Part shown: piece by piece, positions 18,990-28,238 of the stretch
Numbering within the stretch: the stretch's first letter is position 1
Layout of the letters: each line of letters starts with the position of its first letter
Source: Escherichia phage mio
Length of the DNA: 64,000 nt
Sequence record: MN850631.1
Reading direction: 5' to 3' (one strand)
Notes under the pieces: model-generated
What the model was told of the DNA's origin: nothing
The model's database searches: none
Seen by the model: only the letters and a program-made list of their open reading frames with translations
Program-made: the position numbers and the translations under genes

Positions 18990-21689
18990 ATGGAAAACGT
19001 AGATTTTAAAAACTTACATTTGGTTGGTGATACAGAAACTGATGGTTTACTCCTTGAGTTCACTAAAGTTCACGTAATGGCCTTTGCAGACTATAAATCT
19101 GACGATGAAGAGCCACCTGTATGGGTCTTTACAGATGAGCCTATCCTCGGTCACAAGTACACTAAGTACATTAAGGGTGGCTTACGAGAAGGTATTGAGT
19201 TTGCGTTAAAGGCAAAACGTCTTTGCATCCATAATGGTCTCGGTTATGACTGGTGGGTTTTCAATCACATTGCACCTGATTTATGGAACTTTGATAATCC
19301 AAAGTGTAAACCGTGGAGTAATTTCTTTCAGGACTCTCTTATCCAGTCTCGTGTTCAGTGGATGGATAGACCAACTCCAAAGGGTTATAAAGGTGCTCAT
19401 GGCTTGGCTGCATGGGGTGCTCGTGTTGGTGTTCGTAAGCCAGAGATTGAGCATTGGGGTGTGTGGAATGCAGAAATCTTCACTCGTGTTGTAGAGGATA
19501 TCCGTATTAACGCCAAAACTAAACGGGCACTTGATAATGAGTATCTCAAGCTTAAGAAGTGTGGCATAGACACTTATGAAACCTATATGCGAGCCAAAGA
19601 GACATCTTTCTGGATGAGCCAGCAAGCTATTAATGGTTGGAAAGCTGATAAAGAGCTTATGGAGTTCCATGTAAAGGAACTTGACAAGTTGACTAATGAG
19701 CTTGCTTCAGAGGTTGAACCACATCTGCCTCCAACTATTAAGACTAAAGGTAAAGTTACTGGAGAAGAGTTTGCAAAAGCTTGGAATGAGTATGTTGAAA
19801 CATTTGGTCATGCAGATGGACTGAAGAGAATTACCAAGTACCCTAAGACAAAGTACCGTCAGCAGGTACGTAATGGTGAGATGCAGACATATGAAATCAA
19901 ACCATTTGGTAAGCCAACTACAAAGATTTTTAACATTGAAAAGAGAAATTGCTATACACCAACCAACACTGTAACTGGTGAAGAGTACAAGGAAGGCTTT
20001 GTAGCAATGAAGGATGCTCGTGCAATTTGCAATGAGTTGAACGCAAAGATTGGTAAGAAATGCAAAGACTGGAAGCCAGTAAAAACAGTCAAAACTGTGA
20101 AGTACTATAACAGTCATGTTGTTAACCACTTTGAACTTGAGTCAAGTCGCTACACAGGTTTGATTGATGCACCATATACACCAATTGAGTTCGAAGTTTC
20201 TCGTATGACTCAGGTAGCAGTTGTTAAAGACTACTTGAAATCAGTTGGTTGGATTCCAGATGACTGGAACTATAAGAAAGACTCTGATGGTCGCCCTGTC
20301 AAAGTTTGTCGTTTCAAAGACAATAAAAAGATGATTACAAAACATCCTAAGTGGCAGGAAATGGTTGAGCGGTGTGGTTTGAGCTATGTTGAACATGAAG
20401 GTGTCCAGTACATTGAGCATAACTGGTCTGTGAAGAAATACACAGATTTGCTTGAGCCTTGCTTAATCCGTACTTCACCAAAACTTACTGAATCATCTTA
20501 TGATACGATTGAAGGTGAACTTGGACAGAAGATTGCTAAGTACTACACTTTGATGCACCGACGCAGAACTATTGAGAACTCAAAGGATGATGAAAAAGGT
20601 TGGTTGAACCAGATTCGCCCTGATGGTCGCCTTAGTGCTGGCGCAATGGTGTTTGGTACTTCAACTGGACGTATGACACAATATGGTATTGTAAACGTAC
20701 CGTCTGGTGCTGCTGTCTATGGAGAACCAATGAGGGCAGTGTGGATTTGTGAGGAAGGTACTAACGTTGTCTCTGTAGATATGAACTCAGCCCAGCTAGT
20801 TCTTCTTTGTAACTTTATGGGTGATAAAGACTTCACCAAAGCGGTAACGCAAGGTAAAGAAGAGATTGAGTTTATTCGTCAAGAAGATGGACGCTATTAC
20901 TGCAAACATTTTGATGAGTACCTAAACCCAGAGATTGATAAGTACCTTCGCTATGACTCTGAGAATGACCTGTACGTTGTCTATTCAGGGACTGATGCAC
21001 ATACACTTAACAGTGTTTACTTTAGCTTGAATGATGAGCAGGATATCTTGACTTGTCGAGCTACTCAGGATGAGAATCTTCTTCATGAGATTAGCAAAGG
21101 TCGTAAGAAAGCTAAGAATGGTATCTATGCACTACTGTTCGGTGCAGGTGATGAGAAGTTTGCTAAGACGATTAAAGCTGCGACTACTCAGGAAGGTGCG
21201 CTGACTAAACAGACTTACTTTATACGTTTGCCTAAAATTAAGAAGCTGTTAGATGACTTGGAAGCTGACTACAAAGCAACTAAAAAGGCGCTTGAAGAGG
21301 TGTTTGGTAAGACTGCTGCAATCTCTAAAGGGGGTTTTGTAAAGGTTGCTGGAGCTTGGTTGTGGTGTAAATCTCCACATAAGTTATTGAATTATTTGCT
21401 CATGGGTTCGGAAAGTCAGATTCAGAACGAGGCAATTAACCTTGCTTGCCGTCGTATGATTGACGAAGGTTTGATGAAGTTGAATGGTCGCAAACCAGCT
21501 ATAGGTGCTCGTTTATTGTGCTCCTATCACGACGAGACGAGTTGGGAATGCCCAGAAAGTATGACGGCAGAGGTGAAGGCTGTCACTGATTGGTATTACG
21601 GGCAAGCTTCTAAGAACTTAGGTCTTAAGAAAGAAACACTTGTTACAGGTACTGGTAAGGTTGGCAAAAGCTGGTATGAGGTACACTAA
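18990..21689 (+). CDS. DNA polymerase, family A with N-terminal 3'-5' exonuclease
   Basis: ORF 18960..21689; start placed at ATG 18990 because of strong RBS GAGGGAG 8 nt upstream; Exo I motif LVGDTETDGL near N-terminus; about 900 aa. Confidence 0.8.
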   Translation: MENVDFKNLHLVGDTETDGLLLEFTKVHVMAFADYKSDDEEPPVWVFTDEPILGHKYTKYIKGGLREGIEFALKAKRLCIHNGLGYDWWVFNHIAPDLWNFDNPKCKPWSNFFQDSLIQSRVQWMDRPTPKGYKGAHGLAAWGARVGVRKPEIEHWGVWNAEIFTRVVEDIRINAKTKRALDNEYLKLKKCGIDTYETYMRAKETSFWMSQQAINGWKADKELMEFHVKELDKLTNELASEVEPHLPPTIKTKGKVTGEEFAKAWNEYVETFGHADGLKRITKYPKTKYRQQVRNGEMQTYEIKPFGKPTTKIFNIEKRNCYTPTNTVTGEEYKEGFVAMKDARAICNELNAKIGKKCKDWKPVKTVKTVKYYNSHVVNHFELESSRYTGLIDAPYTPIEFEVSRMTQVAVVKDYLKSVGWIPDDWNYKKDSDGRPVKVCRFKDNKKMITKHPKWQEMVERCGLSYVEHEGVQYIEHNWSVKKYTDLLEPCLIRTSPKLTESSYDTIEGELGQKIAKYYTLMHRRRTIENSKDDEKGWLNQIRPDGRLSAGAMVFGTSTGRMTQYGIVNVPSGAAVYGEPMRAVWICEEGTNVVSVDMNSAQLVLLCNFMGDKDFTKAVTQGKEEIEFIRQEDGRYYCKHFDEYLNPEIDKYLRYDSENDLYVVYSGTDAHTLNSVYFSLNDEQDILTCRATQDENLLHEISKGRKKAKNGIYALLFGAGDEKFAKTIKAATTQEGALTKQTYFIRLPKIKKLLDDLEADYKATKKALEEVFGKTAAISKGGFVKVAGAWLWCKSPHKLLNYLLMGSESQIQNEAINLACRRMIDEGLMKLNGRKPAIGARLLCSYHDETSWECPESMTAEVKAVTDWYYGQASKNLGLKKETLVTGTGKVGKSWYEVH

Positions 21690-21750
21690 TTAGTATTGAC
21701 AAGGTGCTCAGGGAAGAGTACCTTATACTATATCTTGTATAGGAGGTCAC

Positions 21751-21960
21751 ATGACGCTTTCGGAGATTGAAGTTCAGTTGCAATGTGCAGGTTATTCTCA
21801 AAAGGAGATTGAAGACATGCTTATTGTTATTTGCAGTGGTTATAGAGTAAACCCTGAAGCTCTGCGTATAGCAGATATCTTTATTGCTGGAGGGAAAATC
21901 GCAAAAGATAAGACAGGATATTTGAAAGGTGAGCGTGTAGACATCGAGAATTTGCTATGA
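21751..21960 (+). CDS. small hypothetical protein, paralog of 22163..22381
   Basis: 69 aa; C-terminal GKIAKDKTGYLKGERVDIENLL matches GKIARDHTGVLKGERIDILELL of the downstream gene. Confidence 0.45.
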   Translation: MTLSEIEVQLQCAGYSQKEIEDMLIVICSGYRVNPEALRIADIFIAGGKIAKDKTGYLKGERVDIENLL

Positions 21961-22166
21961 GCCACCGTGGAAGAACCCATGCAGCGATGATGAAAGGTGC
22001 TTCAAAGGAAACTATCAAGAACCGTAAGCAGAAGTTGTTTGAGAGAATGAACAGGTTAATTGACAATTCATCTCTTTCAGGTTCTGAGAAGGTTTTCTTG
22101 AAAGGTAATCTAAAAAGCATTGCACAAGAACTTGTAGATATTGAATATTGGAGACATCAAAAATGA
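21957..22166 (+). CDS. hypothetical protein
   Basis: 69-aa ORF between the two paralogs, overlapping stop/start. Confidence 0.35.
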   Translation: MSHRGRTHAAMMKGASKETIKNRKQKLFERMNRLIDNSSLSGSEKVFLKGNLKSIAQELVDIEYWRHQK

Positions 22167-22381
22167 CACTTGCAGACGTTATTCAGCAACTTCATGATAA
22201 CTGCTACACTCCAGAGTTAATTCAGGAGATGTCCATTGTAGTCATGCCTAGCAAGTTCTTAAAAGGTTTTAATCGTGAGGCTTTAAAGGTCGCGCATATC
22301 CTTATCGTTGACGGTAAGATTGCAAGAGACCATACAGGTGTTCTTAAGGGTGAACGTATTGATATCTTGGAATTGCTATGA
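22163..22381 (+). CDS. small hypothetical protein, paralog of 21751..21960
   Basis: ORF 22148..22381, start moved to ATG 22163 (RBS GGAGA upstream); shares C-terminal motif with 21751..21960. Confidence 0.45.
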   Translation: MTLADVIQQLHDNCYTPELIQEMSIVVMPSKFLKGFNREALKVAHILIVDGKIARDHTGVLKGERIDILELL

Positions 22382-22538
22382 ATAAGTTATATAGTCTCTG
22401 GGGAAGGATGGGTAAAGACTCTGACTGGAATCTGCTCAAAACAAATGTAAAAAGTAATGAGATAGCGTACTACAAAATTCATTACTACAAAACTTTCAGA
22501 GAGCTTGAGTATCGTGAACAACAGACAGGAGAAGTATT

Positions 22539-22775
22539 ATGTGGAAATCAGTAATTGTGCTTGGTGTTATTTTTCTATCTGGCTGCAACCCTTCTTATGA
22601 AGATAAAAATGCTTCTTACAGCCTCCCACCAGAGATGCAAGATTGCAGAGTATACAAGTTACATGGTGATGCTATAAGTAGGGATATTGTTGTGGTCAGA
22701 TGTCCAAACTCTCAAACAACGACATCTTACAGCTATGGCAAAAATGGACAATCACATACTACGGTTATTGAGTGA
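22539..22775 (+). CDS. putative lipoprotein
   Basis: 78 aa; signal peptide MWKSVIVLGVIFLSGC with lipobox L-S-G-C. Confidence 0.5.
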   Translation: MWKSVIVLGVIFLSGCNPSYEDKNASYSLPPEMQDCRVYKLHGDAISRDIVVVRCPNSQTTTSYSYGKNGQSHTTVIE

Positions 22776-22785
22776 GGTTTTCACG

Positions 22786-22992
22786 ATGGAAGTCCTAGTA
22801 AACTATATCTACTGTTATGATGTTATTCACTCCACTACAACCGTAGCTCAACGTAACCCAATCGTCCCACGAGAAGGTGAGTTTGTTCGCATTGATGGTT
22901 GTACTTACACTGTGGAAAGCATCATTCATAAGTTTGATGTTGCTGGCGATGTTCAAGTTATCGACGTAGAGATTGGTGGTAAGAGAAAATGA
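22786..22992 (+). CDS. hypothetical protein
   Basis: ORF 22687..22992 trimmed to internal ATG with GAGG RBS. Confidence 0.3.
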   Translation: MEVLVNYIYCYDVIHSTTTVAQRNPIVPREGEFVRIDGCTYTVESIIHKFDVAGDVQVIDVEIGGKRK

Positions 22993-23207
22993 CTGTAGAA
23001 GATAAATTTAAGAACGCAGTTCTTACAGAAGATGGTGAGCTTGAAACATTCATTCTTCGTGTTGATGGTAAGCTATTCCGGTGTCGTTGTGGGTCAAACT
23101 GTTTTCATAAACCAGATAAAAATGATTTAGAGCTTTACGCATGTAATGCTTGCAATACTTGGTATCACTCAGAGGTGAAAAATGACAACACTATACAAAC
23201 AAAATAA
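22989..23207 (+). CDS. hypothetical Cys-rich (zinc-ribbon-like) protein
   Basis: 72 aa with CRCGSNC...CNAC arrangement. Confidence 0.35.
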   Translation: MTVEDKFKNAVLTEDGELETFILRVDGKLFRCRCGSNCFHKPDKNDLELYACNACNTWYHSEVKNDNTIQTK

Positions 23208-24282
23208 AGATGGCTCTTTCAACGTCTGGTCATGTGTTGCTGTAGGTGACAAAGTTATTACAACCTACGGTAAAGAAAATGGCAAGATGATGTTTGAAGA
23301 GTATACAGCAGAACCTAAAAACATCGGTAAAAAGAATGAGCGTAACGCTGAACAGCAAGCTCTCTTTGAAGTTGCTGCTAAGTATAAAAAGCAAGTCGAC
23401 CGTAAGGGTTACGCTTACACAAAAGAGTCTGCACAGAATACTGAGAAGGTAGGTGTACAGCTTGCTCATGATGCTGCAAAGGTTAGCCATGCAAAGTATC
23501 TGAAGTTCCCTGCTGATGCTCAACCAAAACTTGATGGTGTCCGTTGTAGAATTTCAAGAGATGCTGATTCAGTCAGTTTCACAGCTTATTCTCGTGAGAA
23601 TACTGTTTACAACGTTCCAACAGAACTAATCCCAGATTTGCTTTTGTTGCTTAAATTACATCCACAAGTTGAAGACTTTGACGGAGAGATTTATGCTCAT
23701 GGTTGGGACTTAGAAGATATTGTATCTATGATTAAGAATGCTGACAATCCAGACCGTCACCTTCTTAAATTCTACTGGTATGATATCTGTGACAATTCAA
23801 AATCTTGGCCTGAGCGTCGTGAAGTTATTGATAACTCACCTATTGTCGAGCTTGGTGATACCTGTAGGGTGGTTCCTGTACAGACTATCCGTGTTAACTC
23901 TTGGGGAGAGTTTGATGAAGCTCATGATAAGTGGGTTGAAGCTAAGTTTGAAGGTGCAATGTACCGCTCAATCTCTGAAGAATCTTTCTACGAGTGTGGT
24001 CACCGTTCATACTTCTTGATTAAGCACAAGAAGATGCACACTGAAGAGTTTAAAGTAACTGGTGTAAAGACTGATAAACGTGGTCATGGTAAGTTCGTCG
24101 TAGAGACTCTTCCTAACGTCTTTGTAGATGTCTCATGGAAGACTACTCATGAGAAGAAACAGTATCTTGCTGAACACCCTGAAGAGTTTATCGGTAAACC
24201 TTTAACGGTTCAGTTCCAGAAGATGACTCGCAAGGGGTCTTTACAGTTCCCTGTCGGGCTAGTTATTAGGGATTATGAGTAA
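23182..24282 (+). CDS. ATP-dependent DNA ligase
   Basis: 366 aa; nucleotidyltransferase motif I KLDGVR (adenylylated lysine). Confidence 0.7.
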   Translation: MTTLYKQNKDGSFNVWSCVAVGDKVITTYGKENGKMMFEEYTAEPKNIGKKNERNAEQQALFEVAAKYKKQVDRKGYAYTKESAQNTEKVGVQLAHDAAKVSHAKYLKFPADAQPKLDGVRCRISRDADSVSFTAYSRENTVYNVPTELIPDLLLLLKLHPQVEDFDGEIYAHGWDLEDIVSMIKNADNPDRHLLKFYWYDICDNSKSWPERREVIDNSPIVELGDTCRVVPVQTIRVNSWGEFDEAHDKWVEAKFEGAMYRSISEESFYECGHRSYFLIKHKKMHTEEFKVTGVKTDKRGHGKFVVETLPNVFVDVSWKTTHEKKQYLAEHPEEFIGKPLTVQFQKMTRKGSLQFPVGLVIRDYE

Positions 24283-24285
24283 ACT

Positions 24286-24432
24286 ATGTTAAGTACAACC
24301 ATTCTGTTTGCATTAGTTGTCTTTGTGTTGTCTTACATCACAAGTAAACTTTTGAACACATCCTTTGCAATGGGTGTTTTGTTCACAATCTTTTGTTTTG
24401 TAACACATATAGCTATCAGGACTTTTATATAA
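24286..24432 (+). CDS. small hydrophobic protein (unlisted short ORF)
   Basis: 48-aa ORF MLSTTILFALVVFVLSYITSKLL... read by eye, below the ORF-track length cutoff. Confidence 0.25.
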   Translation: MLSTTILFALVVFVLSYITSKLLNTSFAMGVLFTIFCFVTHIAIRTFI

Positions 24433-24439
24433 AAAGTTG

Positions 24440-24467
24440 TTGACATAGAAAATTTGGTGAGTATACT
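24440..24467 (+). promoter_or_regulatory. sigma70-like promoter
   Basis: TTGACA (24440-24445), 16-nt spacer, TATACT (24462-24467); no ORF for about 230 nt downstream. Confidence 0.5.
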
Positions 24468-24625
24468 GAGCAGCATAAACCAACGGATACTCACCAGCAT
24501 CACTTAAGAGGCTTCTAAGAGGGTTTTTAAGTAATGTATCGCACAGTAAGGTGATGTGAAGTCTGGCCTTGCATGGTGTAGTCTGGTATGGAAGGATGGC
24601 AGTAGCCTTATAAAAAATCTGCCAA

Positions 24626-24668
24626 ATAAGCTATAAAATCTGTTGACAAGTCAGGTGTTATAGCTTAT
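24626..24668 (+). promoter_or_regulatory. operator-like palindrome flanking a TTGACA box
   Basis: ATAAGCTATAA (24626-24636) and its exact reverse complement TTATAGCTTAT (24658-24668) bracket TTGACA (24643-24648), just upstream of gene 24716. Confidence 0.4.
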
Positions 24669-24715
24669 TTTTATACTCAATGTAATACAAAATTTAATAT
24701 AACTTTGAGGTCATT

Positions 24716-25099
24716 ATGAAAAAGATTTTATTAGCTACTGCAATGGTTATGGCAATGAACTTACCAGTCAATGCAACAGAACTCCCAAATGTGGACTTAT
24801 CAGGTGTTCCAGAAGACACTTGCCAGATTGTGAAAGGTGTTGCTTTATCTAATGGTGAGTTACTTAAACCAATCTCTGAAGAGTCTTTGACAGAGATGAC
24901 TGATAAGGTGACTGACTACCAGTATCGTGTTCTTGCAGAGTATTTCCTACAATCTGCAAATATTAAAGAGAAACACCATGATGATATTGATGTACAGGCT
25001 ATGCTCAATCATCGTATCCAGTTTAAAGAAGATTTGATGCAAAAAGCTATGTATGGTGTTGAGTATTTCTTAGAAAACAGAAGCTGCACAGGTATTTGA
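24716..25099 (+). CDS. secreted/periplasmic hypothetical protein
   Basis: 127 aa; N-terminal signal peptide MKKILLATAMVMAMNLPVNA. Confidence 0.45.
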   Translation: MKKILLATAMVMAMNLPVNATELPNVDLSGVPEDTCQIVKGVALSNGELLKPISEESLTEMTDKVTDYQYRVLAEYFLQSANIKEKHHDDIDVQAMLNHRIQFKEDLMQKAMYGVEYFLENRSCTGI

Positions 25100-25100
25100 T

Positions 25101-25313
25101 ATGGCTCTTAAAAAGTTACATCCCAGAAGCGGTTATGGTAAGATAATTGACGATACAGACGGCTTTACAGTCTTTACAGTTATCTGTCAAGATGATTCAC
25201 AGATTGAAAAGGCTCTTGATGATTATCTTAATGATGAACGTGAAAAGGTTAGAGCTACAAACATAGACTCATTGATTGATACTCCACGCAAACGGAAGAA
25301 GAAAGATGAATGA
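25101..25313 (+). CDS. hypothetical protein
   Basis: 70-aa ORF. Confidence 0.35.
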   Translation: MALKKLHPRSGYGKIIDDTDGFTVFTVICQDDSQIEKALDDYLNDEREKVRATNIDSLIDTPRKRKKKDE

Positions 25314-25605
25314 GGTTTTTGACCCTTATGCTCCACAAGATGATTGGGAGGCTGACAGAGAGGCTGAAATGGAGAGTTATATTTGTCCAATGGATGTAGA
25401 CGAAATGAGAGACTTCGTTTCACATCGTTTTAAGAGAGAGATTAAAACCAGAGGTCTTTCTCAAGAACAAGTTGCTAAAATTTGTGGTATCTCTCAGGCT
25501 CGTGTATCTAACATAATCCACCTCACTGGTAATGTCTCTCTTGAGTATATGTTGGAAGTATGCGAAAAATTTGGTGTTAATTTTAATTTAAGGCTGGCAG
25601 ATTAA
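25306..25605 (+). CDS. helix-turn-helix DNA-binding protein
   Basis: ORF 25276..25605 trimmed to ATG 25306; HTH-like LSQEQVAKICGISQARVSNIIHL. Confidence 0.45.
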   Translation: MNEVFDPYAPQDDWEADREAEMESYICPMDVDEMRDFVSHRFKREIKTRGLSQEQVAKICGISQARVSNIIHLTGNVSLEYMLEVCEKFGVNFNLRLAD

Positions 25606-25606
25606 T

Positions 25607-25966
25607 ATGAAACGTGAAAACATTATCCACTCTGAAAACTTTGCATTAGGCTTTTATGGTGTACCTACTCACCTTGAAAAGTATTATGGTGTGAAGATTC
25701 TTTCCAATCTCATTATGGCTTACAAAGATGGTAAGATTAAGCATACTGAGAAGAAACGTGTCATGGGCTATATGGCTGTAGGCTCAGCAATCTCGAACAT
25801 CAAGCTGGAAACAACTAGTAGCCAGAGTGTGAAAGACCACTTCATCAAAGAGCTTTACCATAACCTTGATGGTGTAGATGTTCAGGCTGTTTGGTTGGAT
25901 GTTGATGGTCACAACTACACAAGCTTTGTTTTCAAAAACGATGACATTAAGTGCTTGTTCCCATAA
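25607..25966 (+). CDS. hypothetical protein
   Basis: 119-aa ORF. Confidence 0.4.
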   Translation: MKRENIIHSENFALGFYGVPTHLEKYYGVKILSNLIMAYKDGKIKHTEKKRVMGYMAVGSAISNIKLETTSSQSVKDHFIKELYHNLDGVDVQAVWLDVDGHNYTSFVFKNDDIKCLFP

Positions 25967-25979
25967 TAGGTGATTAACT

Positions 25980-26495
25980 ATGATTGATGTCTACTTACAA
26001 GATGCTCATGCAGATTTCCTTAAAGAGATGCTTAAAAAGTTTATGGCTTCACAGTATGAAAATGAAGCATCTTTTAAAATAGTTACGTGTGGTGATGAAG
26101 CTGGTTTTGTTGAGATTGAGCATGAAGGTACTGGAAAAACTGTTTGTAAGTTACCTGATAGTATGTTCTCTAAAACGTTCTTAACAAAGACTAGTATAAA
26201 TGTTAAGCTTGTACCACAGATTGAAACATACTCTGGTACAGATTACCCTAAAGGTTTCAAGTCACTGATGAAGTACTTCTTAGATGACTTTGTGAGTAAT
26301 CTTCTGAGGGAGGTAAAAGAAAGTCGTACAGTGTTAACTGTAGAGAACATGGGAGGAACTATCAGGGTCACTTCTGACTGTTTTGTTATGAGCCTCTTCG
26401 ACTTCGTTCCTAAGAACTTTGATGGTATTCTGGATGAAGAAGATGACTGTGTAGACTTTATATTGGTTCTTGAGCCAGTTTTTGAGGTTAAATAA
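25980..26495 (+). CDS. hypothetical protein
   Basis: 171-aa ORF. Confidence 0.4.
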   Translation: MIDVYLQDAHADFLKEMLKKFMASQYENEASFKIVTCGDEAGFVEIEHEGTGKTVCKLPDSMFSKTFLTKTSINVKLVPQIETYSGTDYPKGFKSLMKYFLDDFVSNLLREVKESRTVLTVENMGGTIRVTSDCFVMSLFDFVPKNFDGILDEEDDCVDFILVLEPVFEVK

Positions 26496-26756
26496 ATGAA
26501 AATTGAACACTGCTATGAGTCTGATGGAACACCTATCCGTTGTCCACATTGTGGGTGTACAGACTTACAAGGTGAGGTAAGTGAAATAGTCAACGGTCAT
26601 ATTGCTGAAGAAAGTACCCGATGCACAGGGTGTAATGAAATTATCGCTTTCTGGGCTTATGGTTCATACCAACCCTCTCCACATTTTATCTACCATCGTA
26701 GTAAAGTTGTGAAGAGTGTCATCAACTGGTTCATTAAGAAAGGGTTTACAAAATGA
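26496..26756 (+). CDS. hypothetical zinc-ribbon protein
   Basis: 86 aa; CPHCGC ... CTGC. Confidence 0.4.
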   Translation: MKIEHCYESDGTPIRCPHCGCTDLQGEVSEIVNGHIAEESTRCTGCNEIIAFWAYGSYQPSPHFIYHRSKVVKSVINWFIKKGFTK

Positions 26757-27298
26757 TTAAGCTAATATTTGCAAGTGGTGAAAATGGTGAATTTGGTACA
26801 CCGACTGGTATGCCGTGGCCTCGACATAAACAGGACATGCAAGAGTTTAAGAGACTCACTAAAGATAACTTAGTAGTAATGGGTAATGAGACTTTTAAGA
26901 CTCTGGGGAGTAAACCTTTACCAGAACGTGCAAACCTAATCTTAACAAATTCTGTACCATATTTAGGTATAGACTTTGGCAAAGATGATGTAATGTATGC
27001 TAAGGCCAGTAAAGAATCCTTTGGAGCATTTTTGAAATATCTTGATAGCTCTATTGATGAAGATGTCTTTGTAATTGGTGGTGCAGGTGTTCTTGTCAAT
27101 GCTTTGCCGTATGCTGGTGTAGTTTTCCATACAGTTTTCCATAAAGTTACTGAAGAGGCCACTGTGCATTTACCTTTTGAAAACTTCTTCGATAAACTGT
27201 ATGATAGCCGTGTATTTGCAAAGGTGCAGTCAAGACCCTCCGATGATGGTAAAGCAACCTTTGAGATTTATGTTCCACAAGTAAAAGGACACTTTTGA
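26753..27298 (+). CDS. dihydrofolate reductase
   Basis: 181 aa; N-terminal MIKLIFASGENGEFGTPTGMPWP (DHFR-type ...G.PW motif); adjacent to thymidylate synthase. Confidence 0.7.
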   Translation: MIKLIFASGENGEFGTPTGMPWPRHKQDMQEFKRLTKDNLVVMGNETFKTLGSKPLPERANLILTNSVPYLGIDFGKDDVMYAKASKESFGAFLKYLDSSIDEDVFVIGGAGVLVNALPYAGVVFHTVFHKVTEEATVHLPFENFFDKLYDSRVFAKVQSRPSDDGKATFEIYVPQVKGHF

Positions 27299-27299
27299 T

Positions 27300-28199
27300 A
27301 TGTCACAAGCTGATTTGAGTTACAAAAATATCCTGAACCATGTTTTATCCGTTGGTGAACTGCGTACTACACGAACTGGAGATGTTATCTCTGCTTTTGC
27401 TCCACCTCAGTTTCGTTTTGATATGCGAACTGGTTTCCCACTCTTAACATCTAAACAGGTGTTTACACGGCAAGTTATTGGGGAAGCTTTATGGTTCCTG
27501 AATGGTGAGAATAAACTTGGTGAACTCCGTTACCGTACTTGGGATGAAAATGACGGAGAACGCTGGACTATCTGGTCAGATGATTTTAAACGCTGGTTAA
27601 GCTCTAATTATTCTTCTGAACAAGACTGGTTAGATGACGCAGGTGGGAGAATCTACGGGGTTCAGTGGAGAAACTTTGAAGGTCATAATGGTTGTGTTGT
27701 AGACCAGTTAGAGACCTTAGTAACGAAGATGAAGGGTGATATTACAGACCGCTACATGCTTGTTAATGCTTGGAATGCAGCAGATATTGCATCCAACTCG
27801 ATGGCTTTAGCACCTTGTCATGTTCTGTTTCAGATTTATATCACTAACGAAGGTGAAGTTGACTTACAATGGTATCAGCGTTCTGTGGACACCTTTTTAG
27901 GACTTCCGTTTAACATTGCATCCTATGGTTTTATTCTGGAAGTTCTTTGCAAGATGACTGGATACACTCCACGATATTTGATAGGTGTCTTTGGAGATAC
28001 TCAGATTTATCAGAACCATATGAAGCAGGTTTATGAACTGATGAATAATGAAGAGTTTCATGCACCTACTTTTGAGATTGGTGTACCACTTAACACCCTC
28101 AGTGATTTAAAGCATCTTACTGCAAGTGATTTTGTTGGTGGCATTAACAACTACCAACATGCAGGGAAGATTGAAGCACCTTTGTCAGTAGGTAAGTAA
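27300..28199 (+). CDS. thyA: thymidylate synthase
   Basis: 299 aa; active-site region ALAPCHVLFQ and QRSVDTFLGLPFNIASY. Confidence 0.85.
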   Translation: MSQADLSYKNILNHVLSVGELRTTRTGDVISAFAPPQFRFDMRTGFPLLTSKQVFTRQVIGEALWFLNGENKLGELRYRTWDENDGERWTIWSDDFKRWLSSNYSSEQDWLDDAGGRIYGVQWRNFEGHNGCVVDQLETLVTKMKGDITDRYMLVNAWNAADIASNSMALAPCHVLFQIYITNEGEVDLQWYQRSVDTFLGLPFNIASYGFILEVLCKMTGYTPRYLIGVFGDTQIYQNHMKQVYELMNNEEFHAPTFEIGVPLNTLSDLKHLTASDFVGGINNYQHAGKIEAPLSVGK

Positions 28200-28201
28200 A
28201 A

Positions 28202-28238
28202 ACAAAAAAAGGCTCCTTTTTACGGGAGCCTTAAAATT
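28202..28238. terminator. bidirectional rho-independent terminator between convergent genes
   Basis: 8-bp stem AAGGCTCC (28209-28216) / GGAGCCTT (28225-28232), flanked by A-run on the left and TTTT on the right. Confidence 0.6.
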
